Below, piece after piece: positions 46,336 to 59,247 of a DNA stretch of 64,000 nt (position 1 is the first letter of the stretch; the number at the start of each line of letters is the position of its first letter). The stretch covers positions 17,732,001 through 17,796,000 of the forward strand of contig OZ024749.1 of the NCBI GenBank assembly GCA_964016885.1. Direction: 5' to 3'. A program made the translations under genes and the position numbers. The DNA comes from Eledone cirrhosa (taxonomy: Eukaryota). The notes beneath the pieces were generated by a model, which did not search any database, was not told the origin of the DNA, and saw only the letters and a list, made by a program, of their open reading frames with translations.

Positions 46336-46382
46336 TGCCGACAACCGTTTCGTCCGACCACATGGTGGGACTTATCAAGGCA
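46336..46382 (-). ncRNA. Hammerhead ribozyme, U3-A8 core variant (left arm)
   Basis: Minus: tgcc-TTGATAA-gtcccaccatgtggtcggac-GAAA-cggtt-GTC/ggca. Confidence 0.8.
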
Positions 46383-47848
46383 TATAACATGTGATTGTAA
46401 GTTCATTATTTACATCAACGTATCACTCAAGACTAGCAGTTTGAAATTGTGGTATACATCAGCAGCTCCGCTTGTATATTTGGGGTCTATATTCTAAGGG
46501 GGGTCTTTTATATTAGTTGTCGGAATTGTAAAAGGGGTGGGTTATGGGGAGTTAAGAGAATTTGAAAATGGCCTAAGAGTCAAGGATTGAAGGTTAAAAA
46601 TTAGATAATTTATAATTTACGCATTAAAAGTAAAAGACTTGGGATCTCGTAGAAGCACCTTAAAAAATCCCTCAATAAGTGCATAAAGCTTACAAGCCCC
46701 AATAAACTTAACAAACTAGAAGAGATTAAGAGACTAATAAAATAAATAAAATAAAAAAATAAAGATATAAAGTTTCCCTAAAAAATATAAAGTTTCCCAA
46801 TTGATTAGTTTTTTCTAGAGAAAAAAATTTCTTTCGAAAGAAAAAAACTTTCTTCCCCAGAGATCTCGTTAAAAAATTTCAGAAAATTTACGAAGTTTTG
46901 ATAATCCCTACTAAGTTGAAAGAAACTAATCAATTAAAGTATAATTATTGTCTTTTTGCTTATGTATTTTCTTACTTATAATTTTCTTTAATCTTGCCCA
47001 ACTTGATAAGCTCTTTGAATTGCTCCCTAATTAAATTACTTAAATTATTTTATCTATTATTTTATCTATTATACCTAAGTTGTATCTGTTGAAACAGCCC
47101 TTTGAAAATTCCTCGGATATCCCAAATATCGTAATTTTTAACTTTAAATTTATAATTTTCCTCAATTTGTTTATATATATCCTTAAAGGCTCTCTAAAAT
47201 TTTAATTCTTCGAAGGGTCTCTCGGAGGAGGTTCGTATTAAAAATATTAAAGGGGCCTTTTCTGAGGGGTTTATTGAAGGCTTTTTGAATTAACCTTTAA
47301 TTGATTAGTTTCTTTCAACTTAGTAGGGATTATCAAAACTTCGTAAATTTTCTGAAATTTTTTAACGAGATCTCTGGGGAAGAAAGTTTTTTTTCTTTCG
47401 AAAGAAATTTTTTTCTCTCGAAGGAACTTCTTGGGAAACTTTATATTTTTTAGGGAAACTCTATATCTTTATTTTTTTATTTTATTTATTTTATTAGTCT
47501 CTTAATCTCTTCTAGTTTGTTAAGTTTATTGGGGCTTGTAAGCTTTATGCACTTATTGGGGGATTTTTTAAGGTGCTTCTACGAGATCCCAAGTCTTTTA
47601 CTTTTAATGCGTAAATTATAAATTATCTAATTTTTAACCTTCAATCCTTGACTCTTAGGCCATTTTCAAATTCTCTTAACTCCCCGTAACCCACCCCTTT
47701 TACAATTCCGACAACTAATATAAAAGAGCTCCCTTAGAATATAGACCCCAAATATACAAGCGGAGTTGCTGATGTATACCACAATTTCAAACTGCTAGTC
47801 TTAAGTGATACGTTGATGTAAACAATGATCTTGCAATCACATGTTATA

Positions 47849-47895
47849 TGCCTTGATAAGTCCCACCATGTGGTCGGACGAAACGGCTGTCGGCA
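47849..47895 (+). ncRNA. Hammerhead ribozyme, U3-A8 core variant (right arm)
   Basis: tgcc-TTGATAA-gtcccaccatgtggtcggac-GAAA-cggct-GTC/ggca. Confidence 0.8.
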
Positions 47896-48119
47896 ATAAA
47901 CTTGTTGTAATGTCATAATAGTTCCTTTGTTCTTTTTCACTAATATTTCTGCTCTGCGTATACGCATAGAGCTTAACTAGCTACCGTCGCATATTTGGTA
48001 GGCCAGACGTGATCATCGCGATTCACATACGACCTACCATACATGTTGCTTATATATATACATATATATATATATATATACATATATACATATACATATA
48101 TACATATACATATATATAC

Positions 48120-48166
<47 letters not shown>

Positions 48167-48194
48167 ACACACACTGACACCATCCACCACTATG

Positions 48195-48226
<32 letters not shown>

Positions 48227-48532
48227 CCACCACCACACTGACACCATCCACCACCGCCATTACAAGCGTAAAGCAAACAATTATTATTATTATTATATAC
48301 AAGCTGAACTGGACTGGGAAAGGGCAGCAGTTGACATGATATTGATTTTGTATTTGTATCAGTACTGCCGGTAATATATATATATATATATGTGTGTTTG
48401 TGAGTGGTGTGTGTGTTTGTATGCATGAATGAGTGTTGGTGTGTGAGCTGCGTGTGTGTGGTTGTGGTTTGTATGCATGAGTGTGAGTGTGTGTGTGTGC
48501 GTCGTGTCAACAAGTTTTTTTTTTTTTTTTTA

Positions 48533-51213
48533 TGACCATGCTGTAAAATGGAGGGGTAGAGAGGGCCCTTGAGTCTAGTAAGACATTCTCTCTAGTGCTG
48601 GTGGCACAAATAAAAGCACCCAGTCCATGCTGTAAAGTGGTGCTGGTGTTAGGAAGGGCATCCAACCAGTGTATCAATGCCAAAACGCTTATCAGCACAG
48701 CAACAAATAGGAACAACAACAAAATATGAAGACGTCGCATCTCAGAGTTGCAACACTTAATGTTGGCACTCTCAGAGATAGATCTGCTGAAATAGCGGAG
48801 ATGCTGGAGAGAAGGCAGGTGGATGTGTGCTGCGTGCAAGAGGTGAGATGGAGAGGTGCCTCTGCGAGACTAGTCGTAGGCAAACGTCTTAGCTATAAGC
48901 TATTCTGGGTAGGTAAGGATGATGGGATTAGGGGGAGTAGGCATTTTCCTGGCTGAGAAATGGATCAATAAGGCAATAGAGGTAGTTCGAGTTAGTAATC
49001 AAATAATTAAGCTTAGATTAGTTGTAGGTAGGAGACTACTGACAATCATCTCGGCCTATGGTCCTCAAGCAGGCTTAGGCAAAGATGAGAAAGACTGCTT
49101 TTATGAGCAACTTTTGCAAACAACTGCAATGACAGAAGACGGAGACATCGTTATGCTAGCAGGGGACTTCAATGGTCATGTTGGACAGCTCCAGGATGGT
49201 TACACTGGGGTACATGGTGGGCACGGTTACGGTTCAAGAAATGAAGAAGGAGTGAGACTTCTTGAATTTTGTGATGCAGGTACATTGACTATTTGCAACA
49301 CAAACTTCCAGAAACCTGCCAATCACCTAATAACCTACAAATCTGGTGAGCACATAAGCCAGATTGACTTCTTACTAGTTAGGCAGCGGGACAGGCAGAT
49401 AGTGTCTAATACCAAGGCATACCCTGGGGAAGAATGTACCCCACAGCATAGGTTAGTTGTTAGTGATATCTCAGTAAGCAAGAGATGGAATGAGACATAT
49501 AGGAAGGTGTGGAGAAGAAAGGTCTGGAAGCTAAAAGACCTTTCACTAAAATACAAATTTAGGAAAGCCCTTCAAGATGTATATGACGAAAAAGAAGACG
49601 ATTTAGAGACGTATGACATAGATAATAACTGGAATTTCTTACGTGACAACTTGCTGCAGGCTACTGATGAAACTTTTGGCTGGAGCAGAGCTCCAACCAG
49701 ACAGAGAGTGACCTGGTGGTGGAACAGCACAGTAGATAAGGCTATTAGAGACAAAAGACTAGCATGGAAGGCTTGGAAAAAGGGTGGGAGTAGGGAAGAA
49801 TATACAGCCACTAAGAGAGAAGCTAGACGTCAGGTGTACTTAGCACGCAGGGAGGCAGAGAGTAGGAGGTTTGCCAATGTTCTGCGACGGGAAGATCAGA
49901 GGCGTGCAGTGTTCCACATTACAAGGCAGTGTGTCAATGCAAATCAGGATGTTGTTGGAGATAAATGTGTCCGGGATGAAGCCAGTGTACTTAGTGTCAC
50001 GAATGATCAGAAAAAGGAGGCCTGGAAATGTCATTATGAGAGATGATGAATGTGGAGAACAAATGGGAGAGAGAGAAATTGCCCTTGGTAGATTCAACAG
50101 AGGGACCAGCTATTGAGATTGACGAATATAGGGTCCAAGAGGCGATTAGGGAAATGAAAAATGGTAAGGCTGCAGAAGCATCGGGAATAGTTGCTGAGAT
50201 GCTGAAGGCATCAGGGGACGTAGGCACTAAACTGGTTACACGCATCATCAATCAGGCTATATATGGTGGTGTCATACCCAAAGACTGGTGCAGCAGTATT
50301 CTCATAAATTGCTACAAAGGTAAAGGGGATGCTTTGGAGAGGAGCAATTATAGGGGTATAAAACTGATAGATCAGGTTATGAAAGTGGCAGAAAGGATTT
50401 TAGCACAACTAATTAGAGAAAGGGTCAAACTAGATGAGATGCAGTTTGGTTTTGTGCCTGGGAAGAGTACAACAGATGCCCTCTTCTTGGTGAGACAATT
50501 GCAAGAGAGGTTCTTAGAGAAGAATAAGCCACGATACTGAGCCTTTGTTGACCTAGAGAAGGCCTTTGATAGGGTACCCTGATCTGTCATCTGGTCGTCC
50601 ATAAGGAAGCTGGGTGTTGAGGAACGGCTTGTGAGGACAGTGCAAACTTTGTACAGAGGTACTCTCAGTAAAGTCAGGGTAGGAATGGAGTTTAGTGAGG
50701 AATTCCAGATACAAGTAGGAGTATAAAAGGGTTCGGTCCTCAGCCCACTCTTGTTCATTAAAGTCCTCCAAACCATAACAGAGGAGTTTAAGATTGGCTG
50801 TCCATGGGAACTTTGCTATGCTGACGATCTGGTTCTTATAGCAGAATCAGTAGAGGAGCTAGAGAATAAATTCTGGCTATGGAAACAGCAGTTGGAAGCA
50901 AGAGGACTGAGAGTGAATCTAGCTAAGACAAAAGTGTTGATGAGTAGAAAAGAGGACAAAACCCTGATTCCGTCAGGGAAATGGCCATGTTCGATATGCA
51001 GAAAAGGAACTGGCATAAATTCTATAAAATGCACACAATGCAGATCCTGGGTACACAAGAGATGTAGCGGGATAGCAGGCAAACTAACAGGTAGGGAGAA
51101 ATATGTATGCAGTAGATGTACAGGGAAATTATAAAGTAGAAGTCGCATTGATAGACACATTTTTCAAATGCAGGAGGGCACTATAGAAGTGGTGGATTGC
51201 TTCCGGTACCTAA
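48533..51213 (+). mobile_element. RTE family A, copy 3: 5' UTR, APE and RT; 3' end missing
   Basis: MKTSHLRVATLNVGTL..QEVRW, SAYGPQ, GDFNGHVG, SQIDFLL, QHRLV, WWW, QFGF, YADD; breaks at FRYL into a TA tract. Confidence 0.93.
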
Positions 51214-51215
51214 GA

Positions 51216-51298
<83 letters not shown>

Positions 51299-51857
51299 AA
51301 TTTTAGTACAGCATAGACGAAGCTCTAGTATACGGCCAAGCTAGCGTGTATGCTTATTCGGTTTGTAGCTTTAGCACTCAGATGAGGTAAGACCCCAGAG
51401 TAATAACATTATGTTCAAACAGCTTAGCAAATCAGATATAGCAGTCAGCAGTCCGACCGCATCACCTGAGCAACGAAAATACAGGACCCAGGAAAAGATT
51501 TTTTACTGACCTGGACATAACACTGAGGCTGAGTGTAAAATATATAATCCACATGGTGTTTCCACAATATAGATCACAATATCGCACGCAACGACAGCGC
51601 TAAGTTTCTGCAAATCCATGATCGACAAATTCCTCTTGCAGGAGTCTGCAATATAATGGTTTTTGACGACAGAACATAGGATTTCTTCTTCAATACATAT
51701 ATATATATAAGAATTAAAATACTAGAGTGTGTTGGAGTTAAACGCCCTCTTCATATTATAGAAATGACAGTATAAGATATAGCTCAATGTAATTAAACAG
51801 AACCGAAGAATTATAAAAAATAAACCAAAGAAGCCTTCAATACATCAAAAGTCTTTA

Positions 51858-51899
51858 TTAGCTAACAATATTTCGTCCTATTAAGGACTCATCAGGGCA
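51858..51899 (-). ncRNA. Hammerhead ribozyme (family E left arm)
   Basis: Minus: gcc-CTGATGA-gtcct-taat-aggac-GAAA-tattgtt. Confidence 0.8.
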
Positions 51900-53689
51900 A
51901 GTAAAGCTACAAGAAGCACTATCGGCCAATACAAGCCAAAAACTCAGAAGAATATGGAGTATACATCTATTAAAGCCTAGGAAGGATATCAAGGAAAAGT
52001 AGGCTAAGATTAAGAGCGAGCAGTTACATACATAGATATAGACCAAATAGCAAGGAAGTGATTAACATGTTGAACCCACATTGTAAATATTATATAATGC
52101 AAAAACTTGAAACACAAATGGTAATATAATGCGAGAATTACAGTACGATATAGAATATAATATATAATAGATGGTGATAATAAAAAGCTTAATATATGTA
52201 TATATATCTATATCTATACATATATACATTAGTACAAACACAAACTAACACTTATTAAGTATTTAAATATATATATATATATATTGTTTACAGTATAATA
52301 TAATAAAGATAAAAATAAAAATAAAATATAATATATACGTTTAATTCTCATATCTCTAATTTTAAGCATGTTAAGTTTAAGAACTCTACTTCTTTAGCAC
52401 ACCATATCTGGGATCTTAAAGGGGCAGGCATGCCATATAGCCTTAATTGGCGTATAGTAGCACGCTCTAATAACCTATCAACACACACTAAATTCTGTAA
52501 TCTCTGTATCCTGGAGACCCACTCTATAATTTTCTCTAGGGAAGTTTTGCTTAATAGAAAGTCTGAGATATTTTCTTCCTGCCCCCATGCCATTTCTAAT
52601 TCTTTCTTCTATTATAGACCTAAAAGTTCTGGTAGTTTAAATCGTATCCATTAGCTGCTATATTTCCTTATCTTTTTTGTTTAGGTTCATTTTGATTACC
52701 ATCATCTTTATTATTATTAGTTTTTTTACAACTTTTCGATTTTAGTTTCCATAGTCTTTTGGCTACCATACCCTATCTATCGTCTTAAGCATTACTATAG
52801 TTTCACTACTAACACCTTATGGGTTTATATCTTATTAAATACTTTGGTTGGAGTCTCATTCAACTAATGTACCTCCTCCTCTACACACTTAATATCCGCC
52901 CCTTCTATTATACTATATATAAATTTCACCTTTATGCTCCTTTTATGATATATAATATATTGATTTTACTTTTATGCTCCTTCCTATCCTCCATAACCTC
53001 TCTTCTTTCTGTTCCCATTGGTCTACCATAGTTCTATTTAGAGTCCTTTTATTTGATAACGTTATTCGACTGAACGGAGCATATTTTACTCTATTCTTGA
53101 TAATTTTATTGAAATATCTCAAACTTATACGTTTTTGATGACTTAAACTATAGCCAATTTTGAAGTGACTAAATATGTATTTTAAATACTTTTAATATTA
53201 ATTAATTTAAAAAGGTTTTCTAGTCAATTCGCCGCTTACATTTCTATCTCTTCTTTTACTTAACCGCTTGTGACACCTAAGTAAATATACTTGTTTTTGT
53301 TTTTCGATCTTCAGTTTATTTAATTTATTTTTTTACTACCACACGCTGTTCATTAATATATGTCTGTGTATCTCAACCACGTAAATATTTATTAATGTTG
53401 TTATATCATATCATTTTTATGTAATCGTATTATAGATTTTAATATATGTTATTTGAAGTACTGTTCTGTTATATTTTGTAATATTTTGTGATATTTTGGT
53501 AATATTTATGCCAATGTAAAACAACTTGACCTCCGTGTATTTGTTGCAATGGTATAGATATTTTTTTCAACACAATTTTTTCAACAATATTTAGTTCTAT
53601 ATGATTTTTTTCTTACCCTGTGTAAAACTTTATACTATTTGTTAACCTTGAATTATATGTATGATGTAATTTTGTATATCTTTTGATGC

Positions 53690-54644
53690 TAATCATCATC
53701 ATCATCAGGTTTAGCGTCCGTGTTCCACGCTTGCATGGGTTTGGACGGGGGTTTTCCCACTTGAGGCAAGAGTGGTTGTCTTGCTCGCATAGGACTGTCT
53801 GGCGGGTTTTCTACAGTTGGATGCCCTTCCTAACACCAACCACATTTACAGTGTGGGGCTGGGAGGTTTTTACCGTGTTGCCTACACGGCCACATTACAG
53901 TGTGGACTGTCTGGCGGGTTTTCTACAGCTGGATGCCCTTCCTAACACCAACCACATTTACAGTGTGGGGCTGGGAGGTTTTTACCGTGTTGCCTACACG
54001 GCCACATTTACAGCGTGGACTGTGTGTTTTTTGTCGTGACACCTACACGATCTCATTTGTTTCGGCCTGGATGTTGTGGGACCAACATAACTTTACATTG
54101 AAAGGGGCGGTGTGGGTGGGGTGGAGGTGGTGGGACGGGGGTGTGTTTTGATAGAGATGCCTACTGACTGTAGTAGGTTTTTACTTTGTATTTAGGTAAG
54201 GCGGGTCTTCTCTATTACTGAGTCTTCTCTATTACTCGGTCCAGTGACATTGTCTTGGAGAGGTGTAAGCGTGTGAGGTCGGAATTTATCAGCTCGTCCC
54301 ATGTTTTTCTGGGTCTGCCTACTCCGTGGCTACCGTCTATCTTTATTGCCCTGCACTTTGTTATACAGCTGTCGTCTTTCATGCGCATCACGTGACCGTA
54401 CCAACGTAGCCTTCTCTCGAGTAAACAACATCTGATCCCTCTTATTTCTAATTTTTTCCTTAGTTCGTTTATGCTTTGCCGTTCACGTATATTACTATTG
54501 CACATCCAGCGGAGCATGCAAGCTTCGTTCCTCTCTAGTCTGCGTATATCCTCTGCACACAATGCCCAGGTCTCACTGACATGCAGCATTGCTGTTCGTA
54601 TGCAGGCATCGTATAACCTGCCTTTCATTTTTAGGGAGAACCCT
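53690..54644 (-). mobile_element. RTE family B, copy 2, nested in PLE-E
   Basis: Near-copy of 20682-21615; ORF 54215-54628; possible target-site duplication CTAAT. Confidence 0.92.
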
Positions 54645-55250
54645 CTAATATATTATAATATTGTTATTATAATGTTATTATAATGTTTTTATATTGTTTA
54701 TGCACACTGACAGGGAATTATATATTATATTTTATTTTTATCTTTATTCTTATTTTTATCTTTATTATATTATACTGTAAACAATATATATATATATATT
54801 TAAATACTTAATAAGTGTTAGTTTGTGTTTGTACTGATGTATATATGTATAGATATATATATATATACATATATTAAGCTTTTTATTATCACCATCTATT
54901 ATATTATATTATATTCTATATCGTACAGTAATTCTCGCATTATATTACCATTTGTGTTTCAAGTTTTTGCATTATATAATATTTACAATGTGGGTTCAAC
55001 ATGTTAATCACTTCCTTGCTATTTGGTCTATATCTATGTCTGTAACTGCTCGCTCTTAATCTTAGCCTACTTTTCCTTGATATCTTCTGAGTTTTTTGGC
55101 TTGTATTGGCCGATAGTGCTTCTTGTAGCTTTACTTGCCCTGATGAGTCCTTAATTGGCTAATAAAGACTTTTCATGTATTGAAGGCTTCTTTGGTTTAT
55201 TTTTTATAATTTTTATAATATATATATATATATACATATAAATATACATA

Positions 55251-55279
<29 letters not shown>

Positions 55280-55283
<4 letters not shown>

Positions 55284-56875
55284 TGTTATACTTGGGGAGG
55301 GTCATATTTGTATAATATTGCCAGAATTAATAACAGAACACACTCACTGTTTGGTTGGTTTTCGCTTTTCGCTTCTGTGTCTTTTATATCGGTAATCTAA
55401 TTTATTCGGTCCTCAATGTTGCCATTGACTGACCAACGGTAAAAAATAATACAGATACAATATAGACACAAACACATATATATAGTTTATCAAAGTTCTT
55501 TCGTTGCACATCTGCAACATGGTCAGTGGTGCTATAGATTCCTCCCGTTACATTGTATTTCTACGCCATCTTTATTTAGTCTGTTTATATATTTATTTAT
55601 TTATGTTTGTTTGTTTTATTTCGTCTTCTTTGCGCATGCGTTTGCGTGTGTGTATGGTGTTTTGTTTGATGTGTGTTCGTGATTGGGTGACTGTGTATTG
55701 GTTAATGTATTCTATGTTTACTAGTGTGTGTTTATATGTGTTTGTTGTTATTGTGCTTGTGTATGTATTTATTTATTTATTTATTTATCTATTTATTTAT
55801 ACTTCTCTTAGATCAGTGTTGTTTGTTTGAGTGTTGTTGTTATTCCATTCATTCTTTCTGTTTAGTCTTGGCCTTCTAAGTTCTATTTCACTGGCCTCTC
55901 TGATTTGCCTATCTGCTGGGTCATTTCTATGTTTAGATATTATTCTAATTTCTATGTTGTCTATGTTACCGTTGTGTTGTTGTCTGGCATGTTCGTATAG
56001 TACTGACCCGTTTTTTCGTCCTTTTAGTTTCCCCCAGTGTTGGTCTATCCTTTCACCTATGCTACAAGCTGTCTCGCCTATGTATGTTGTTGTCATGTTT
56101 CTGCAAGTACTCTCTGTACATCTTATGCTATAAGCTACGTTTCTAGTTTTACAGTTTATCCGGGGGTTTACCTTACATATGATACATTTCCTATTAGTAC
56201 AGTGGGTTTTCTTAAAAGGGTAGGTTTTGCTGATCAGGGATTTTATGGTGGTTCCTGGCTTTTCTACCACCTTAATCTTTAAGTGGGTCTTTCTCAGGGC
56301 CTTTCTACACTGGTTAGCTAATTTCCCTCCAGGGGTAGCGTCCACAAACATGACACTCTGGTATCTCGTTGTCATACCATGAGGTGGCTTTCCCTATCTT
56401 ATGTCTAGCCCTATCTAAGCTATTCCAGGATTTGATCCTGTATAATGGGCAAATTCCTTTCATGTCCAGTTCTATGAGGGTCTTATACTTCTCTATGGCT
56501 CCTTTGTATACTCTGACTGTCTCTTTGGTTGTAGCCAGAGAACTGCATGCGGTTGATGAAGTGTTGGATGTGTCTTTCCTTTTCTGTTGGGTCGCACATA
56601 CGGGACACATTCTTCCTCACTCGTACCAAATCTGCAATCAGAATATTAAACTTAGCACTACTGGACATTGCTGAGTTTTTGAGTATCAAGTATTTGGAGG
56701 CCATGGGTTTAGCATAGTGTGAGTGGAGAATTTAGGCTCTCTCGTCTATAGTGTTAATCCAGAGTTCCGTGTCTAATACAGGTAGTCTATTGTTAGGGTG
56801 TTTGGAAGGGTAGTCAATAATTACAGTTATACTCTGGTGTATGGAATTAGCTATCTGCTGGATGCTTTCCATATG
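55280..56875 (-). mobile_element. PLE family B (relative of family A), decayed, tail-less end; degenerate HHR at 55489-55530
   Basis: ORF 55797-56375 SVMFVDATPGGKL..CKTRNVAY..YIGET; terminus atattgttatacttggggagggtcat closely matches the family A end; minus CTGACCA-tgttgca-gatg-tgcaac-GAAA. Confidence 0.88.
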
Positions 56876-56903
56876 GGAACACTTTAATCAGTGAACAAGA
56901 ACA

Positions 56904-56962
<59 letters not shown>

Positions 56963-56978
56963 TATATATATATATATG

Positions 56979-57167
56979 TATCATCATCATCATCATTTTT
57001 ACGTCCGCTTTTCCCTGCTTGCAAGGGTGGGACGGGAACTGATTCTGGCTTGATTTCTACAGCTGGATGCCCTTCCTAACACCAACCTCATTTACAGTGA
57101 GTGCTGGGTGATTTTTTACCGTGGCACCTCCACGACCACTTTGCAGTGGGTACGACCACTTTGTAGT
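56979..57167 (-). mobile_element. 5'-truncated copy of the RTE-tailed SINE
   Basis: Matches 3598-3750 and 4770-4880, including the RTE-A tail. Confidence 0.85.
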
Positions 57168-57739
<572 letters not shown>

Positions 57740-57868
57740 GGAAAGTTATATTTAAATTGTTGTGTTACAACTAGTAAATATTTATAACTGATATAAAAGC
57801 ACTCGACAAATATTTGGAGTATATTTACAATATTAAATAAATGGAAACTATATCTATAAAACCATATT

Positions 57869-57934
57869 TATTTCATTATATATATTTCAGGGATAACATA
57901 TTAACAATATGCTATGCCTTCCTCAGACAAAATA
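57869..57934 (-). ncRNA. Hammerhead ribozyme (family C, sense to the ORF)
   Basis: Minus: tattttgt-CTGAGGA-aggcatagcatatt-gtt-aatatgttatccct-GAAA-tatatata/atgaaata. Confidence 0.85.
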
Positions 57935-59247
57935 CAATTTAAACAGTTTTATAGATAAATAGATTCGACATACCGTAACAACATCTACTTGCATTTGAGA
58001 AGGTTGATTTGGTTGTGACAAAATTGTACACAGAGAGAAAGAAAGAGAGAGAGAAAGAGAGAAAAAAGAGAAGAAATGCATGGAACAAAATAGAGAGATG
58101 GAAAGATAGATAAAGAGAAGAACTTCATGTAAAGAAACAGAAAGAGATATATATATATAGAGAGAGGAAATAGAGATAGATACACATATAGAAAGCTAGG
58201 TAGTGGGACAACTGTTGAATAACGTATCAATGATACATTTATTTATTTATTTATTTATTTAGCTCTAGTATTAATGTAAGGGAGATATATGGGGGGAAAA
58301 CCAGCTGTTATATAGGGAGAGAAAAAATATAGAGAGAGAAAAAAAAAAAGAGAGAGAGAAAATTCAAAAATATCCAGACACAGGCGAGGTATTAGTATTT
58401 ACAAAACCAGCCTCTGCATTGCAAATATCAGTATTCCTGAATGAGATATGTATCCACAATGTGTGAAAATTAATGATCTTATGTTTAGTTTTAAAAAAAA
58501 TTCATATGTTTATGTGATAATTACAAACATCTATGTGAAAGTACATGATCAATTCTGCAAACCCTAAGTTCACGGAAAGTATTCTCAATGCGGTATAAAA
58601 ATTTAAGTATACATATATGTGTATATAGAGTCAATATTACTATTTCTGTCTCTACTCTACAAGATTATCTATCAAGCAAAGATAGAGCAGATTTCAATAT
58701 ACTAATAAAAATAAAAATATATCGGAAACAAAACTAAATTAAAAATAACAATAATAATAATAAGTAATAATAAAATAGAAAACTAAGAAATATTACGAAA
58801 GAATATTACATATTAAAAATATTACATATTAAAAAATTTACATATTAAAAATATTAAAAATAAAAATTAGAAAATACTACAGTAATAAAAATAAAATAAA
58901 CCACAAAGATCAACCCTTCAAAATTAATTGACAATATATTGCCAAGTTCATTATAAACATCAGAGTCGAAAAACAGATACAGCCAAAAATTATCTATCAA
59001 ATCGCATCTAGCAAAGATCATTTCAAAAAGTATAGGATGCCCAATTTGGTCTACATGTGTTCTTATATTTAATATAGAAGTTTATCTAGTGTAACGTTTA
59101 TTCGAAATATTTGGAGCCTCAACTTTTAGGATAGCTTAATTTTTTCATGAAGAATGTTTAAATAAATAAAATAAAAATAAAAAGAGTAAAGAGAATCAAA
59201 GATTTATCGGCTAGTTTCCCATATAATTATAAATCAAACTAAATATA

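Larger units (their letters stand above)
46292..48051 (+). mobile_element. Non-coding fold-back element: ~645 bp inverted arms, 355 bp spacer, 112 nt tail
   Basis: 46292-46939 is the reverse complement of 47295-47939; tail 47940-48051; HHR in each arm; TA tracts on both sides. Confidence 0.9.
51711..55211 (+). mobile_element. PLE family E fold-back: inverted arms 51809-52336 and 54720-55211, GIY-YIG C-terminal fragment, long 3' region interrupted by RTE-B
   Basis: Plus frame 52360-52654 KNSTSLAHHIWDLK..YSLNWRIV..CNLCILE..LLNRKSEIFSSCPH resembles the C-termini of ORFs 59248-60828 and 1584-2135; ~98 nt tail 51711-51808 on the left arm only. Confidence 0.85.

Noticed and set aside
46292-47939. 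MITE or DNA-transposon reading of the long inverted repeats
   Set aside because: Ends are asymmetric (tail on one side), arms contain hammerheads, and the same plan surrounds PLE ORFs elsewhere in the window.
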